A stretch of 64,000 nt of DNA from Candidatus Gastranaerophilales bacterium (GTDB lineage: Bacteria; Cyanobacteriota; Vampirovibrionia; Gastranaerophilales; JANQFW01). A program made the translations under genes and the position numbers. Positions 37,657-46,664 of the stretch are shown here, piece after piece. The notes beneath the pieces were generated by a model. It saw nothing but the letters and a program-made list of their open reading frames with translations. It made no database searches and was not told the origin of the DNA. How positions within the stretch are numbered: position 1 is the stretch's first letter; every line of letters begins with the position of its first letter. The DNA is taken from contig JANQFW010000135.1 of NCBI GenBank assembly GCA_028277625.1, forward strand, positions 9,424 to 73,423, in the 5' to 3' direction.

Positions 37657-37676
37657 TTTAAAAATTTAGAATATTT

Positions 37677-39203
37677 TTAGTGCCAGTTTTTCCAGCCATC
37701 TAAATAATAATCTAGCACTATAGGATTATTTAATGAGCTTGGTTTAATATCTTTGACTTTTGAGTCTTTTGGAAAAACAAATAATGTTTTTACAATCTCA
37801 TTTGAAAGATATTTTGTTTCTTTGCTTAGATTGATATTATTTAAATCAGGCTTCCAGTTTAATGCAAGGTTAAAGCCCCAGTCTCCAAAAGATGGAATGT
37901 AAACATGATAAGGATAAATATTCTTAAATCCACTGCTTTGTATTGTTTGATTTATACACCAAAAAGCTTTTGGCGCAAAAAATGGGCTTGTTGACTGGGT
38001 TACAAAGATGCCTGTTTTACTTAATTTTTTGTTTACAAGCTTATAAAACTCTTTACTGTAGATTCTCGCTATGGAAGTATTATTAGGATCAGGCAAATCA
38101 GCTATTATTACATCAAATAAATCATTATTGCTCTCTAAAAACTTAAATGCGTCTGTGTTTATAATTTTTACTTTTGGATTGTTAAAGCTGTTATTATTTA
38201 ACTTTTTTAGTAGTTCGTTGTTTAAAGCTAGTTTTGTTATAAAAGGATCCAGATCAACTAAAACTATTTCTTTAATTTCAGGATATTTCAATAATTCTCT
38301 CGCTACTAGTCCGTCACCACCACCTAGGACAAGAACTTTTTCTTTGTGCGGTGCTATATTTAAAGGTATGTGCACAAGCGGCTCGTGGTATCTATGCTCA
38401 TCTACAGAGGAAAACTGTAAGTTGCCATCTAAAAAAAGCCTTAGATCGTTTTTGTATTTAGTTAAAATAACTTTTTGGTATTTACTTTGCTTAGAAATTA
38501 TTATTCTATCGGCATATATTGAACTTTCCCAGCCGAAAATAAGTTTTTGAGAGAAAATTATGCCTATTAACAAGACTGCTGCCATTGAGGCTGTTTTGTA
38601 TGAGAGTTTTTTGGTTGTTTTGTTTTCCAGTTTATCTTTGAACCACCAGAGATTAAGACCTGCTATAACTAAGTTTATTAAACCTGTAATTAACGATGTA
38701 TTAAATATACCAAAAAAAGGCAATAAAAAAAAAGGGAAAAGTAGTGTTGCAATTAAGGCTCCAAAATAGTCAACTGATAAAACGTTTGATATATTTAGTT
38801 GCAGAGGATAGTGTTTCTCTAGTATTCGGGTTAAAAGTGGGATTTCTAGCCCTATGAGAATGCCTATTGCAAAGACCAGGGTTATCATTATCGGGTAGTA
38901 AATATCTGTGAAGGCAAAGGCGGCATATAAAATCGGTACACATAGGCCGCCTATTAGCCCAAGCCAAATTTCTACGATAATAAAATTTCTTATTAGGTTC
39001 TTTTTTATTAGCCTTGATAGGTACGTACCAAAGCCCATTGCTGTCATTGCAAGGCCTATGGTTAAAGAAAACTGCATTACACTGTCGCCTAAAAAGTATG
39101 AAGATATGCTACCTATAAGGAGTTCGTATATTATGGTGCATAGCCCTACTACCATTACTGATATTAAAAGGATTAATATTTCAATATTTTTGTTTTTGAT
39201 CAT
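37677..39203 (-). CDS. membrane-anchored spermidine-synthase-like polyamine aminopropyltransferase
   Basis: 508 aa. The N-terminal 200 aa or so are multi-TM. The C-terminal domain carries VLVLGGGDGLVAREL and IIADLPDPNN, the SAM/dcSAM-binding motifs of SpeE-family enzymes. Confidence 0.85.
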   Translation of the reverse strand: MIKNKNIEILILLISVMVVGLCTIIYELLIGSISSYFLGDSVMQFSLTIGLAMTAMGFGTYLSRLIKKNLIRNFIIVEIWLGLIGGLCVPILYAAFAFTDIYYPIMITLVFAIGILIGLEIPLLTRILEKHYPLQLNISNVLSVDYFGALIATLLFPFFLLPFFGIFNTSLITGLINLVIAGLNLWWFKDKLENKTTKKLSYKTASMAAVLLIGIIFSQKLIFGWESSIYADRIIISKQSKYQKVILTKYKNDLRLFLDGNLQFSSVDEHRYHEPLVHIPLNIAPHKEKVLVLGGGDGLVARELLKYPEIKEIVLVDLDPFITKLALNNELLKKLNNNSFNNPKVKIINTDAFKFLESNNDLFDVIIADLPDPNNTSIARIYSKEFYKLVNKKLSKTGIFVTQSTSPFFAPKAFWCINQTIQSSGFKNIYPYHVYIPSFGDWGFNLALNWKPDLNNINLSKETKYLSNEIVKTLFVFPKDSKVKDIKPSSLNNPIVLDYYLDGWKNWH

Positions 39204-39457
39204 TTATTTATACGCCCATCTCTGTCTCTGAATTACTTACCACTATGTATCCGGCCACCGCCTCGGTTGAGGCCCCTTACATCCCGTTCATGATAAAAGT
39301 CACGTGCACCAAAGTAAAAATCTGTTTGCAATTATTAATAAAATCACACCAGCAATAATAGAAAAAATACTAAGTATAATATAAGGAACATTACTAACCT
39401 GCTGCATAGATATGGAATAAGTAATTTCTCCTACTTTCCTAGGAACTGTGATTTTTT

Positions 39458-39754
39458 TTACTTGCCGCCATGATATCCACCGCTCCTTACCCTGCGGTTT
39501 CCATTCACACTGCCTGTTCTGTTGCTTCTTGGATAGTCTCTGTTATAACCTCTATCATAATCATCATAATACCTTCTACCTCCGAATGGTGAACCACCCC
39601 AGAAAAAGAAAGTACTATGGCTGCCATGTGATCTATGATAATGTCCATGACTATCGTAGTATCCTCTTCTGGGGCTACAAGAGCCCATTATCAATAGTAA
39701 AAAGATAACTACGACAAGCACGGTTAATATTATCTTTTTTTTGTTATCTTCCAT
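39458..39754 (-). CDS. small lipoprotein with Gly/Arg/Tyr/His-rich low-complexity tail
   Basis: 98 aa. Signal peptide with a lipobox-like LLIMGSC, then GYYDSHGHYHRSHGSHS..GGRRYYDDYDRGYNRDY. Preferred over the antisense ORF 39448..39708 because of its operon orientation and signal peptide. Confidence 0.6.
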   Translation of the reverse strand: MEDNKKKIILTVLVVVIFLLLIMGSCSPRRGYYDSHGHYHRSHGSHSTFFFWGGSPFGGRRYYDDYDRGYNRDYPRSNRTGSVNGNRRVRSGGYHGGK

Positions 39755-39759
39755 TAGCT

Positions 39760-40611
39760 TTACCCTATAACGCTAAAGTCAACTATAAACAAGTAAACAA
39801 TCGCAATTGAAATTACTGTTATAGCTTCTAAAACACCTACTGTAACATTACCTTGCTTTAACGCATCGTTTAATTTGACTTTAGGTATTAGTATTTTATC
39901 AAATAGAACCCTTACAGTTGGTAACAGAATAATTCCGGCTAAAACCTCGATACCAAAGTTACTTAAGTCAGCAATCCAGTTTGAAAAATCACCGGAAACG
40001 CCTTTTAATAATATTATACTCAACGCAATTAGAGTTCCGCCAAAAGCAATACCAACAGCCACATTGTCTTTTTCTATTTCATCATGAATGCAATATGGTA
40101 AAAGAAGATTGTAAATTTTTGAAAAAAGTATCAAAGCAAGCTGGCCTAGTGCAAAAAATGCCATTGCTGAAATAATGCCGCCACCTTGGCCTGAAATAGA
40201 ACCACCGATAATTAAACCGGATGCTAAAAATGAACCAAATACAACAGCTGCAGTTCCTACGTTTTTATCTTCTACAATTTCTTTTGTTATACAGAATTTA
40301 GGCAGTATAAGCTTGTCATTAATGAATTTGGAAATATTAAGAAGTACAATACCCAGAACTGAATAATACCCAAAGTCCAAAAGATCTTTTACAAAATCAC
40401 CTGCTGAACCTATACTGGCACCTACAATAATAGCAACAATTGCTATAAAATATCCGGCTACACTCACCCCAACGGCTAAGTTATTATTTTTAATCTGTTC
40501 TCTGGGATTATACGGAACGATTAAATAAAAAATTACTTGTGCCAATAAAATTATTATAAAAGAAAGTACAAGAAAAATTAAACTTGAACTAATTATTCCT
40601 ATGTTTTCCAT
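39760..40611 (-). CDS. tandem DUF350 (YjfL-like) integral membrane protein
   Basis: 283 aa, about 8 TM. Four repeats of the DUF350 half-motif (IKNNNLAVGVSVAG, VEDKNVGTAAVVFG, IEKDNVAVGIAFGG, LKQGNVTVGVLEA), comparable to E. coli YjfL NNNTAASLAFSG. Confidence 0.75.
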   Translation of the reverse strand: MENIGIISSSLIFLVLSFIIILLAQVIFYLIVPYNPREQIKNNNLAVGVSVAGYFIAIVAIIVGASIGSAGDFVKDLLDFGYYSVLGIVLLNISKFINDKLILPKFCITKEIVEDKNVGTAAVVFGSFLASGLIIGGSISGQGGGIISAMAFFALGQLALILFSKIYNLLLPYCIHDEIEKDNVAVGIAFGGTLIALSIILLKGVSGDFSNWIADLSNFGIEVLAGIILLPTVRVLFDKILIPKVKLNDALKQGNVTVGVLEAITVISIAIVYLFIVDFSVIG

Positions 40612-40694
40612 TTTTTATCCCTTTCTACTTCTCTCATCAATATCTATTTACATAGAGGGATTAATGGTAAATTCCCCTATATAATAGTTATTTA

Positions 40695-41321
40695 TCAGCT
40701 GTCTAATGAATATATCGTGATTTTGGATGGGCTGATATATTGTCCCCAGCTTACCTCTATTGAGCCATCCCAGTCTTCAACGCTTATAAAATACTCTTCT
40801 TCTTCATCTTCGAATTCCCAGTAATAGAATTCTTCAGCTCTTGACTCATCACAATTTCTTACATATACGGCATCATCAGAATCATCGTAGTTGTATCTCT
40901 GATTATTATAGATAACAGAACCTTCTTCTTCATTATCTATTCTTCTTAGATCGAATTTTGTAATGCCTAAGTCTGAAAGTTTTAGCTTTTCGAGGCTCAA
41001 AGCCAGTTCTAGCTCGTCATCTTGTTCGATTGTAAGCCATACTTTTTTGTCACCGGCATCACATTCAAGCTCGTACCATTCATAGTTACCTTGATAGTAT
41101 TTATGTTTAGCTAGAACCTTGAGATCTAAGTCCTGCATATCAGGCCCTACGTGATTAATTTTAATCACAGCACCCGGCATTATTTTTATTATCTCTTGCT
41201 CTTGATTGCTATATGCTGACATATCAAGCTCTTGTCTTTGCCTTTGCTCTGAATCCTTGGGCTTCCAGATGAAGTATAATATAACGCCGAGGATTATTAT
41301 TAAAATTAAGGCTGAAATCAT
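40695..41321 (-). CDS. DUF4178-like protein with N-terminal TM anchor
   Basis: 208 aa. TM helix, then YQGNYEWYELECDAGDKKVWLTIEQDDE... and an acidic C-terminus (YYWEFEDEEEEYFISVEDWDG). The pattern matches my recollection of DUF4178. Confidence 0.6.
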   Translation of the reverse strand: MISALILIIILGVILYFIWKPKDSEQRQRQELDMSAYSNQEQEIIKIMPGAVIKINHVGPDMQDLDLKVLAKHKYYQGNYEWYELECDAGDKKVWLTIEQDDELELALSLEKLKLSDLGITKFDLRRIDNEEEGSVIYNNQRYNYDDSDDAVYVRNCDESRAEEFYYWEFEDEEEEYFISVEDWDGSIEVSWGQYISPSKITIYSLDS

Positions 41322-41342
41322 TTTTTATAAAACTCCTTAGTT

Positions 41343-42053
41343 TTATTGAGTCATACCTAGTTTCTTTTTCATTTCTTCTAAAGAAGCAGATGTACTAGGA
41401 TGAGCCCCTGATGAAATTGCTTTATCTATTTCGTCATCAATACTGGTATCTATGCTTCCAACATCTTCATAGGCTTGCGATAAAGATTCATCTTCGTCAA
41501 CTCTTTCTTTCATTCGTTCTAGCATGCTGATTGTTCCGTTTGAGTCAATTTTTGCAAGGTGCTTGTTTATCTTTTTAGAAGCTTTTGCGGTTTTAGCTCT
41601 TGCTTTAAGTATTGTCATTTCACCTTCCCAAGAATTTATTTGGGCTTTTAGCTTTTTAATTTTAGATTCAAGATTAGAAATTAACTGTTCTTGATTTTGA
41701 ATATCTGTTGCTAATCTTGTTGCCTGTTGCACAGCTTCTTCTTTTTTATTTAATGCTTCTGTTGCAAGCCTTTCTGCTTCTGCCAAGTCAAGATTACCTT
41801 GTTGTGCTTTTTGGAGCAAAAGCATAGCTTTTTTTTCATAATCAGCTGCTTGATCTTTTGATTCTTTTAATCTTTTTTGATTGCCGATTAATGTTGCTTT
41901 AACTTCAGCAAGGGCTTGTAAGCTTGAACTTAAATCACTTTTTAAATCTCTTATGCCTTGTTCTGCCATTTTGATAGGATCCTGAAATTTATCAATAGCC
42001 GCATTAGTTTCTGCTTGTGCGGTTTTAAATAATCTTTTTAAGGAATCAAACAT
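41343..42053 (-). CDS. pspA: PspA/IM30 family protein
   Basis: 236 aa, all coiled-coil. The N-terminus MFDSLKRLFKTAQAETNAAIDKFQDPIKMAEQGIRDLKSDL parallels E. coli PspA [37 protein letters not shown]. Confidence 0.88.
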   Translation of the reverse strand: MFDSLKRLFKTAQAETNAAIDKFQDPIKMAEQGIRDLKSDLSSSLQALAEVKATLIGNQKRLKESKDQAADYEKKAMLLLQKAQQGNLDLAEAERLATEALNKKEEAVQQATRLATDIQNQEQLISNLESKIKKLKAQINSWEGEMTILKARAKTAKASKKINKHLAKIDSNGTISMLERMKERVDEDESLSQAYEDVGSIDTSIDDEIDKAISSGAHPSTSASLEEMKKKLGMTQ

Positions 42054-42094
42054 ATTATTTTACCTCTCTTTAAGTTGCTATTTTTATTATATAT

Positions 42095-42490
42095 TTATTT
42101 CGCAAATGTTAAAAATTCAGAAGAAAATTCAGCCATTGCTATGGTTAATGAGTCAATTGAACCCTCAAGCTCATTTAGATCTAAATTTTCTAATCTTAAA
42201 GTATCTCTAAATATTATTTTATCACCTTCTTCATCAATAACAAAAGCACCATGAACCAGGTCACGATTCATTTGTAATAATCTGAGAAGAACTTTAGGAT
42301 CATTTTTATCTTTTAATTTAAAAATAAATTGCTCTATAACCAAAATAGAATCTTCGCAATCAATAATAAGATTTTTAATACCCTTTGATTCATCATCAAT
42401 TATAAAAAGGCTTTCTTCAGTGTCTTTTTCTGTGATTTCATAACCTAATTCATAAATGTAGTTTTCTACCATATTGCAGTATTCTGTCAT
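42095..42490 (-). CDS. YbjN/YjfI-like (T3SS-chaperone-like fold) small acidic protein
   Basis: 131 aa. The pattern of alternating beta and helix segments (LFIIDD...LIIDCEDSILVIEQFIF...LLRLLQMNRDLVHGAFVIDEEGDKIIFRDTL) and its position in front of pspA suggest the family. The assignment is tentative. Confidence 0.45.
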   Translation of the reverse strand: MTEYCNMVENYIYELGYEITEKDTEESLFIIDDESKGIKNLIIDCEDSILVIEQFIFKLKDKNDPKVLLRLLQMNRDLVHGAFVIDEEGDKIIFRDTLRLENLDLNELEGSIDSLTIAMAEFSSEFLTFAK

Positions 42491-42631
42491 TTTTCCCTCC
42501 CATAAATATAATTTTAATTTCTAAAAAATTTTATCATATATTATTATACTACTACTTTGTAAATTATGTTTAATAATATATAAAAAGGCTATTAAACACT
42601 TGCCGTACTATTTCTGTCTATTATTAATTTA

Positions 42632-45600
42632 TTAGAATAAAGATAATTGCTGGCTTTTATCTTTATTTTGTGGTTGCTTTTTCTCGAATTTACTGTGTTT
42701 TATCAGCTCATCTTCGATATACTTTAAAAACGGTGACTCGCTCATCTCTTGGACAGAGCCACGCCACATACGCTTTTGTGATCGTGTTAAAAACAAATGA
42801 TTCTGAGCTCTGGTCATGCCAACGTAAAATAAGCGTTTTTCTTCTTCTGTATTATCATCACCCATGCCCCAGCGCAAAGGAACTATGCCATCTTCAAGCC
42901 CTACAATAAATACAACTTTAAACTCCAAGCCTTTTGATGCATGAAGCGTCATAAGAGATATTCTATCAGCTCTTTCATCAAGAGTGTCAAGTTCTGTTAA
43001 CAGGCTTATATTATTTATAAATTGCTCTTTATCATTATTTTGTTGGGCTAAAGAAATTAAATATTGTAAAATATGCTCTTCTCGTTCTTCTTCCATGTTT
43101 GAACATATATTTTTTACTTGAATATCTAAAGATTCAGATGAGTTATCCTCTTGTAATTCTTTAATTAGTTGTTTTACCCAATTTTTATCGCAAATAAGAT
43201 CATTAGAATATTTAACATAAGGCATGCCTGAGCGTTTAAATGCTTCATGCAAAGCATCAGCCTGAGATGAAGTACGATATAAAATAGCAAAATCACAGAA
43301 AGATAGATCTTCTCCATCTCCAGTTGAACGATTGCTATCAATAGAAAAGAAGCTGTGCCCGCCTATTAGATTTTCTATTGTTTTTACTGTGTATTCAGCT
43401 TCAGACTTTTCTGTAGGAGTGCTATGGATAGTTATCTTATCGTAACTATCTTGGTTTATAGCAATAATATCATCTTTATCTATCAATTGGCTTGATGCCT
43501 CAACAATTATATTGCTGGAGCGATAGTTTCGGTTAAGATTTATTATCTCTGCTTGAGGGTAATCATTTTTAAAGTTTTGGAAAAAAGTAATATCAGCCCC
43601 TCTGAAACCATAAATTGCTTGATTTGGATCACCTATTGCACATAAGTTGCCGTTTTGTGGTATCAGCATTTTAATAAGCTTATATTGCTGTGCGTCTATA
43701 TCTTGGTATTCATCAATAGATATATATTTAAATTCTTGTTGATACTGATAAAACAGATCATGATCATTTGTGAATAAATTAATGGTAAGAGATATTAAAT
43801 CATCAAAATCTACCATATTATTTTCTTTTAGTTTATTTTGATAGATAATTAGCAATTCTTGCAGGTCTTCATCACTAGTATTTTGGGTTCTTTTAGCTTT
43901 TGATATTTGATTTAATAATTTATTTGCCTTATTTTCTGATATATCTTTAACATCCATTAATAAAGCTATTTGCTCTTGTTTATTAACAATTTTAAAATCT
44001 TCTTTTAAGCCTGCTTTATTAATATTTTCCTTAAGAATAGAAAGACAAAGTGAATGAAACGTATGAATCTTTATATCTTTAAAACTTTCAGGCAAAAGAG
44101 CTTTTAGCCTATCCTTCATTTCCTTGGCAGCTTTATGAGTAAAAGTAATTGCCAGGCAGTTGTTTGCAGGAATATTTTGCTCCTCTATCATATAAGCTAT
44201 ACGATGCGTAAGCACACGAGTTTTACCGGAACCGGGACCTGCAACGATCAAAAACGTACCGTCAATATTTTTTACGGCTTCTTGTTGGTCTTTATCAAGC
44301 CTTGCCGCGATAGAGGCATCATCTACTATAGGCTCAACTCTTGTTTTTAAATGATTATTTAGTTTTTTTTTAGGAATATCTGTTTTTGTTGTTGATTCTG
44401 TTTTAGGTTTAGTTTGTTTTTTTCTTCTTGGCTTATATTTTTTAACATCAAATAAGCTGTTTTGAATTTTATTATCTAACTCACCTTCTTCAAAGACTTT
44501 TATAACACCGTATTCTCCATCATAGCCAGCATTTCTTATTACATTTCCTTCTCTTAGCTTTGATATAGCTTCTGCGAGTATAGGTGAGTCTGCTTTTGAC
44601 AATTCATCTATTGGAACATCTTGTAGTATAGATAGCTCTGGACCTAGTTTTTGTATTAAAGTTTCATAAGCATTGGTAACAGTTTTACTATTAACTCCTA
44701 CTTGATATATTTCGGAAAGTATTTCTTGCAAAGGTATTAAACTACGCACCTGACCTGCGGTAGCCGGCAGTTGAAACTCACCTTCTTTACGATCTGCCAA
44801 TGCGTTAACCCTATGCATTACGCCTACAGTAACAGGTTTATTACAAACAGGACAAATGCCTTTGTGCTTTACAGTTTCCTCAGGTTCCATACAGATATTG
44901 CAATTTCTATGACCATCCATATGATATTTGCCTTCTTCGGGGAAAAACTCAACTGTTCCAACATAGCCATTGCCTGTTTGCAGGGCATTTTTAACAGAAT
45001 AATAATCAAGTTCTGTATCAAACATTGTAGCTTCTCTACCCAACTTAGATGGAGAATGAGCATCCGAGTTTGAAACTAATCTATACCTGTCAAGGTTTGA
45101 AACTCGCCAGTTCATTGGAGGATCAGAAGATAAACCTGTTTCTGCAGCGAAAACATGTTCTGCAAGGTCACCGTAACATTCATCAATAGTGTCAAATCCT
45201 GACTTGGAACCCATCACCGAAAACCATGGGGTCCATATATGCGCAGGAATGATATAGGCATCAGGGCTTGACTCTAAAACTATTTCTAGTAAATTTCTTG
45301 AGTCTAAACCTAATATTGGCCGTCCGTCAGAGACAATGTTTCCTATTGAGGCAAGCTTGGCATTTATTTTTTCTGCGGCTTCAATATCCGGGGCATATAC
45401 CAAATGATGAACTTTTCTTGTTTTATCACCTTTTTTATAGATGGTGGATATTTCCACGCATAGCATAAATCTTAAGGGGCTATCGTTTATTAAAAATTCT
45501 TTTTTTAAATCATCTCTAAGTTCATAAGCACCGGGGGCAACCGGAACCAGTTTTTCTTTAATTTCTGCAATCCACGCTGGATGAGTAAAATCTCCTGTTG

Positions 45601-45715
45601 CCAGCATATTAATGCCTTTTTTCTGAGCCCATAGGGCAAGTTGTTCCAAGTTTGTGCTTTTACTTGTTGCTCTTGAGTACTTTGAATGAACGTGTAAGTC
45701 TGCATAAAAAAACAT
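42632..45715 (-). CDS. fusion of an endonuclease-Q-like PHP domain (with zinc knuckle) and a UvrD/PcrA-type SF1 helicase
   Basis: The ORF track starts at 45739. I place the start at the ATG at 45715 (MFFYADLHVHSKYSRATS) because AAGGGG lies 7 nt upstream. N-terminal PHP motifs DLHVHS, GDFTHP and NSDAHS, plus CNIC-x14-CPVC. From about residue 500: helicase motif I AGPGSGKT, DEYQD, GDPNQAIYGFRGA, and a C-terminal VGMTRA. Confidence 0.85.
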   Translation of the reverse strand: MFFYADLHVHSKYSRATSKSTNLEQLALWAQKKGINMLATGDFTHPAWIAEIKEKLVPVAPGAYELRDDLKKEFLINDSPLRFMLCVEISTIYKKGDKTRKVHHLVYAPDIEAAEKINAKLASIGNIVSDGRPILGLDSRNLLEIVLESSPDAYIIPAHIWTPWFSVMGSKSGFDTIDECYGDLAEHVFAAETGLSSDPPMNWRVSNLDRYRLVSNSDAHSPSKLGREATMFDTELDYYSVKNALQTGNGYVGTVEFFPEEGKYHMDGHRNCNICMEPEETVKHKGICPVCNKPVTVGVMHRVNALADRKEGEFQLPATAGQVRSLIPLQEILSEIYQVGVNSKTVTNAYETLIQKLGPELSILQDVPIDELSKADSPILAEAISKLREGNVIRNAGYDGEYGVIKVFEEGELDNKIQNSLFDVKKYKPRRKKQTKPKTESTTKTDIPKKKLNNHLKTRVEPIVDDASIAARLDKDQQEAVKNIDGTFLIVAGPGSGKTRVLTHRIAYMIEEQNIPANNCLAITFTHKAAKEMKDRLKALLPESFKDIKIHTFHSLCLSILKENINKAGLKEDFKIVNKQEQIALLMDVKDISENKANKLLNQISKAKRTQNTSDEDLQELLIIYQNKLKENNMVDFDDLISLTINLFTNDHDLFYQYQQEFKYISIDEYQDIDAQQYKLIKMLIPQNGNLCAIGDPNQAIYGFRGADITFFQNFKNDYPQAEIINLNRNYRSSNIIVEASSQLIDKDDIIAINQDSYDKITIHSTPTEKSEAEYTVKTIENLIGGHSFFSIDSNRSTGDGEDLSFCDFAILYRTSSQADALHEAFKRSGMPYVKYSNDLICDKNWVKQLIKELQEDNSSESLDIQVKNICSNMEEEREEHILQYLISLAQQNNDKEQFINNISLLTELDTLDERADRISLMTLHASKGLEFKVVFIVGLEDGIVPLRWGMGDDNTEEEKRLFYVGMTRAQNHLFLTRSQKRMWRGSVQEMSESPFLKYIEDELIKHSKFEKKQPQNKDKSQQLSLF

Positions 45716-45827
45716 ATTAATACCCCTTATTTTTGCCATCTGTGTATTAATTTAATTCAAAAATAGCATTTAAACAAGGGTTATAGTAATCGCACTTCTT
45801 AGATTACCACTATTAAGACTAATACAG

Positions 45828-46664
45828 CTATAAAATTTTATACCAAATATTCATGCTCTCAATATCACCAGAGATATTGGTATTATTAATCAGCGTCCCG
45901 CCAAAAACATAACTATTTTTAGCAAAAGTAATATTCATACCATAAGAAATGCTTCTTGCTATCGTGTAAGCTGTTTTAAAATCAATGCTCTTTAAATAAT
46001 TTTCCATTTCTTTAAGTAAAAATAAAGATAAACTAACGCCTCTATGGTCAGGGTGAGTTGCAAAATCTGTCATTTCTGCATTAAGATTTTCTTTATCCAT
46101 CTCCGCTGAAGATATTGCAACAAGCTCACCTTGTTTTTTTATTCCAAAGTACGCAACATAGTCTTTCATTGTGCTCAAAATATAATCATCAGAAAAAACC
46201 GGGAAAGGATAAGTTTTAAATACACACCTATAAAGCTTTGTTATCAGAGGTATATCATCTTCTTTTAAGATTTCAAAATTGTATACTCTATGCAAAGAGG
46301 GATCTTTAATGCTATCTTTGCTTTTGCATAGAGTTATTATTTTATTAACTTCATCTTTATTTTGTAAAATCTGACGTTTTTCGTCTTTAAAAAAATATTT
46401 GGCGAAGAAAATACAATCTTCTTCGCCTTTAAAAAATTTTTCTATAAGTGCTTCGCTAATAAAATTCCTGTTTTCAAATTCTGCTTTCTTGGATTTTGGC
46501 ACTTTGGCAATGATTTTTGTATAATGTTCTTTAAGAGCAAGGCTTTCTATATAATCAGCAGTTTTTATTATCCTTGATCTATCAAGTTTCATTAAATAAA
46601 CTCGATTATTGTCCTTGCCGTGGTGGATAACAGAATTATAAAATTTTTCAATCTTATCGCTCAT
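45828..46664 (-). CDS. ablB: putative beta-lysine N6-acetyltransferase (GNAT)
   Basis: 278 aa. The GNAT core lies in the C-terminal half. The start overlaps the kamA-family stop by 1 nt (TAATG), which is the arrangement of ablA-ablB. Confidence 0.7.
   Translation of the reverse strand: MSDKIEKFYNSVIHHGKDNNRVYLMKLDRSRIIKTADYIESLALKEHYTKIIAKVPKSKKAEFENRNFISEALIEKFFKGEEDCIFFAKYFFKDEKRQILQNKDEVNKIITLCKSKDSIKDPSLHRVYNFEILKEDDIPLITKLYRCVFKTYPFPVFSDDYILSTMKDYVAYFGIKKQGELVAISSAEMDKENLNAEMTDFATHPDHRGVSLSLFLLKEMENYLKSIDFKTAYTIARSISYGMNITFAKNSYVFGGTLINNTNISGDIESMNIWYKIL

Noticed and set aside
39448-39708. 86-aa + strand Cys/His-rich ORF.
   Set aside because: The opposite-strand ORF 39458-39754 has a signal peptide and lipobox, and fits the operon orientation. 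The + frame is most likely a shadow of the repetitive Gly/Arg/Tyr codons.
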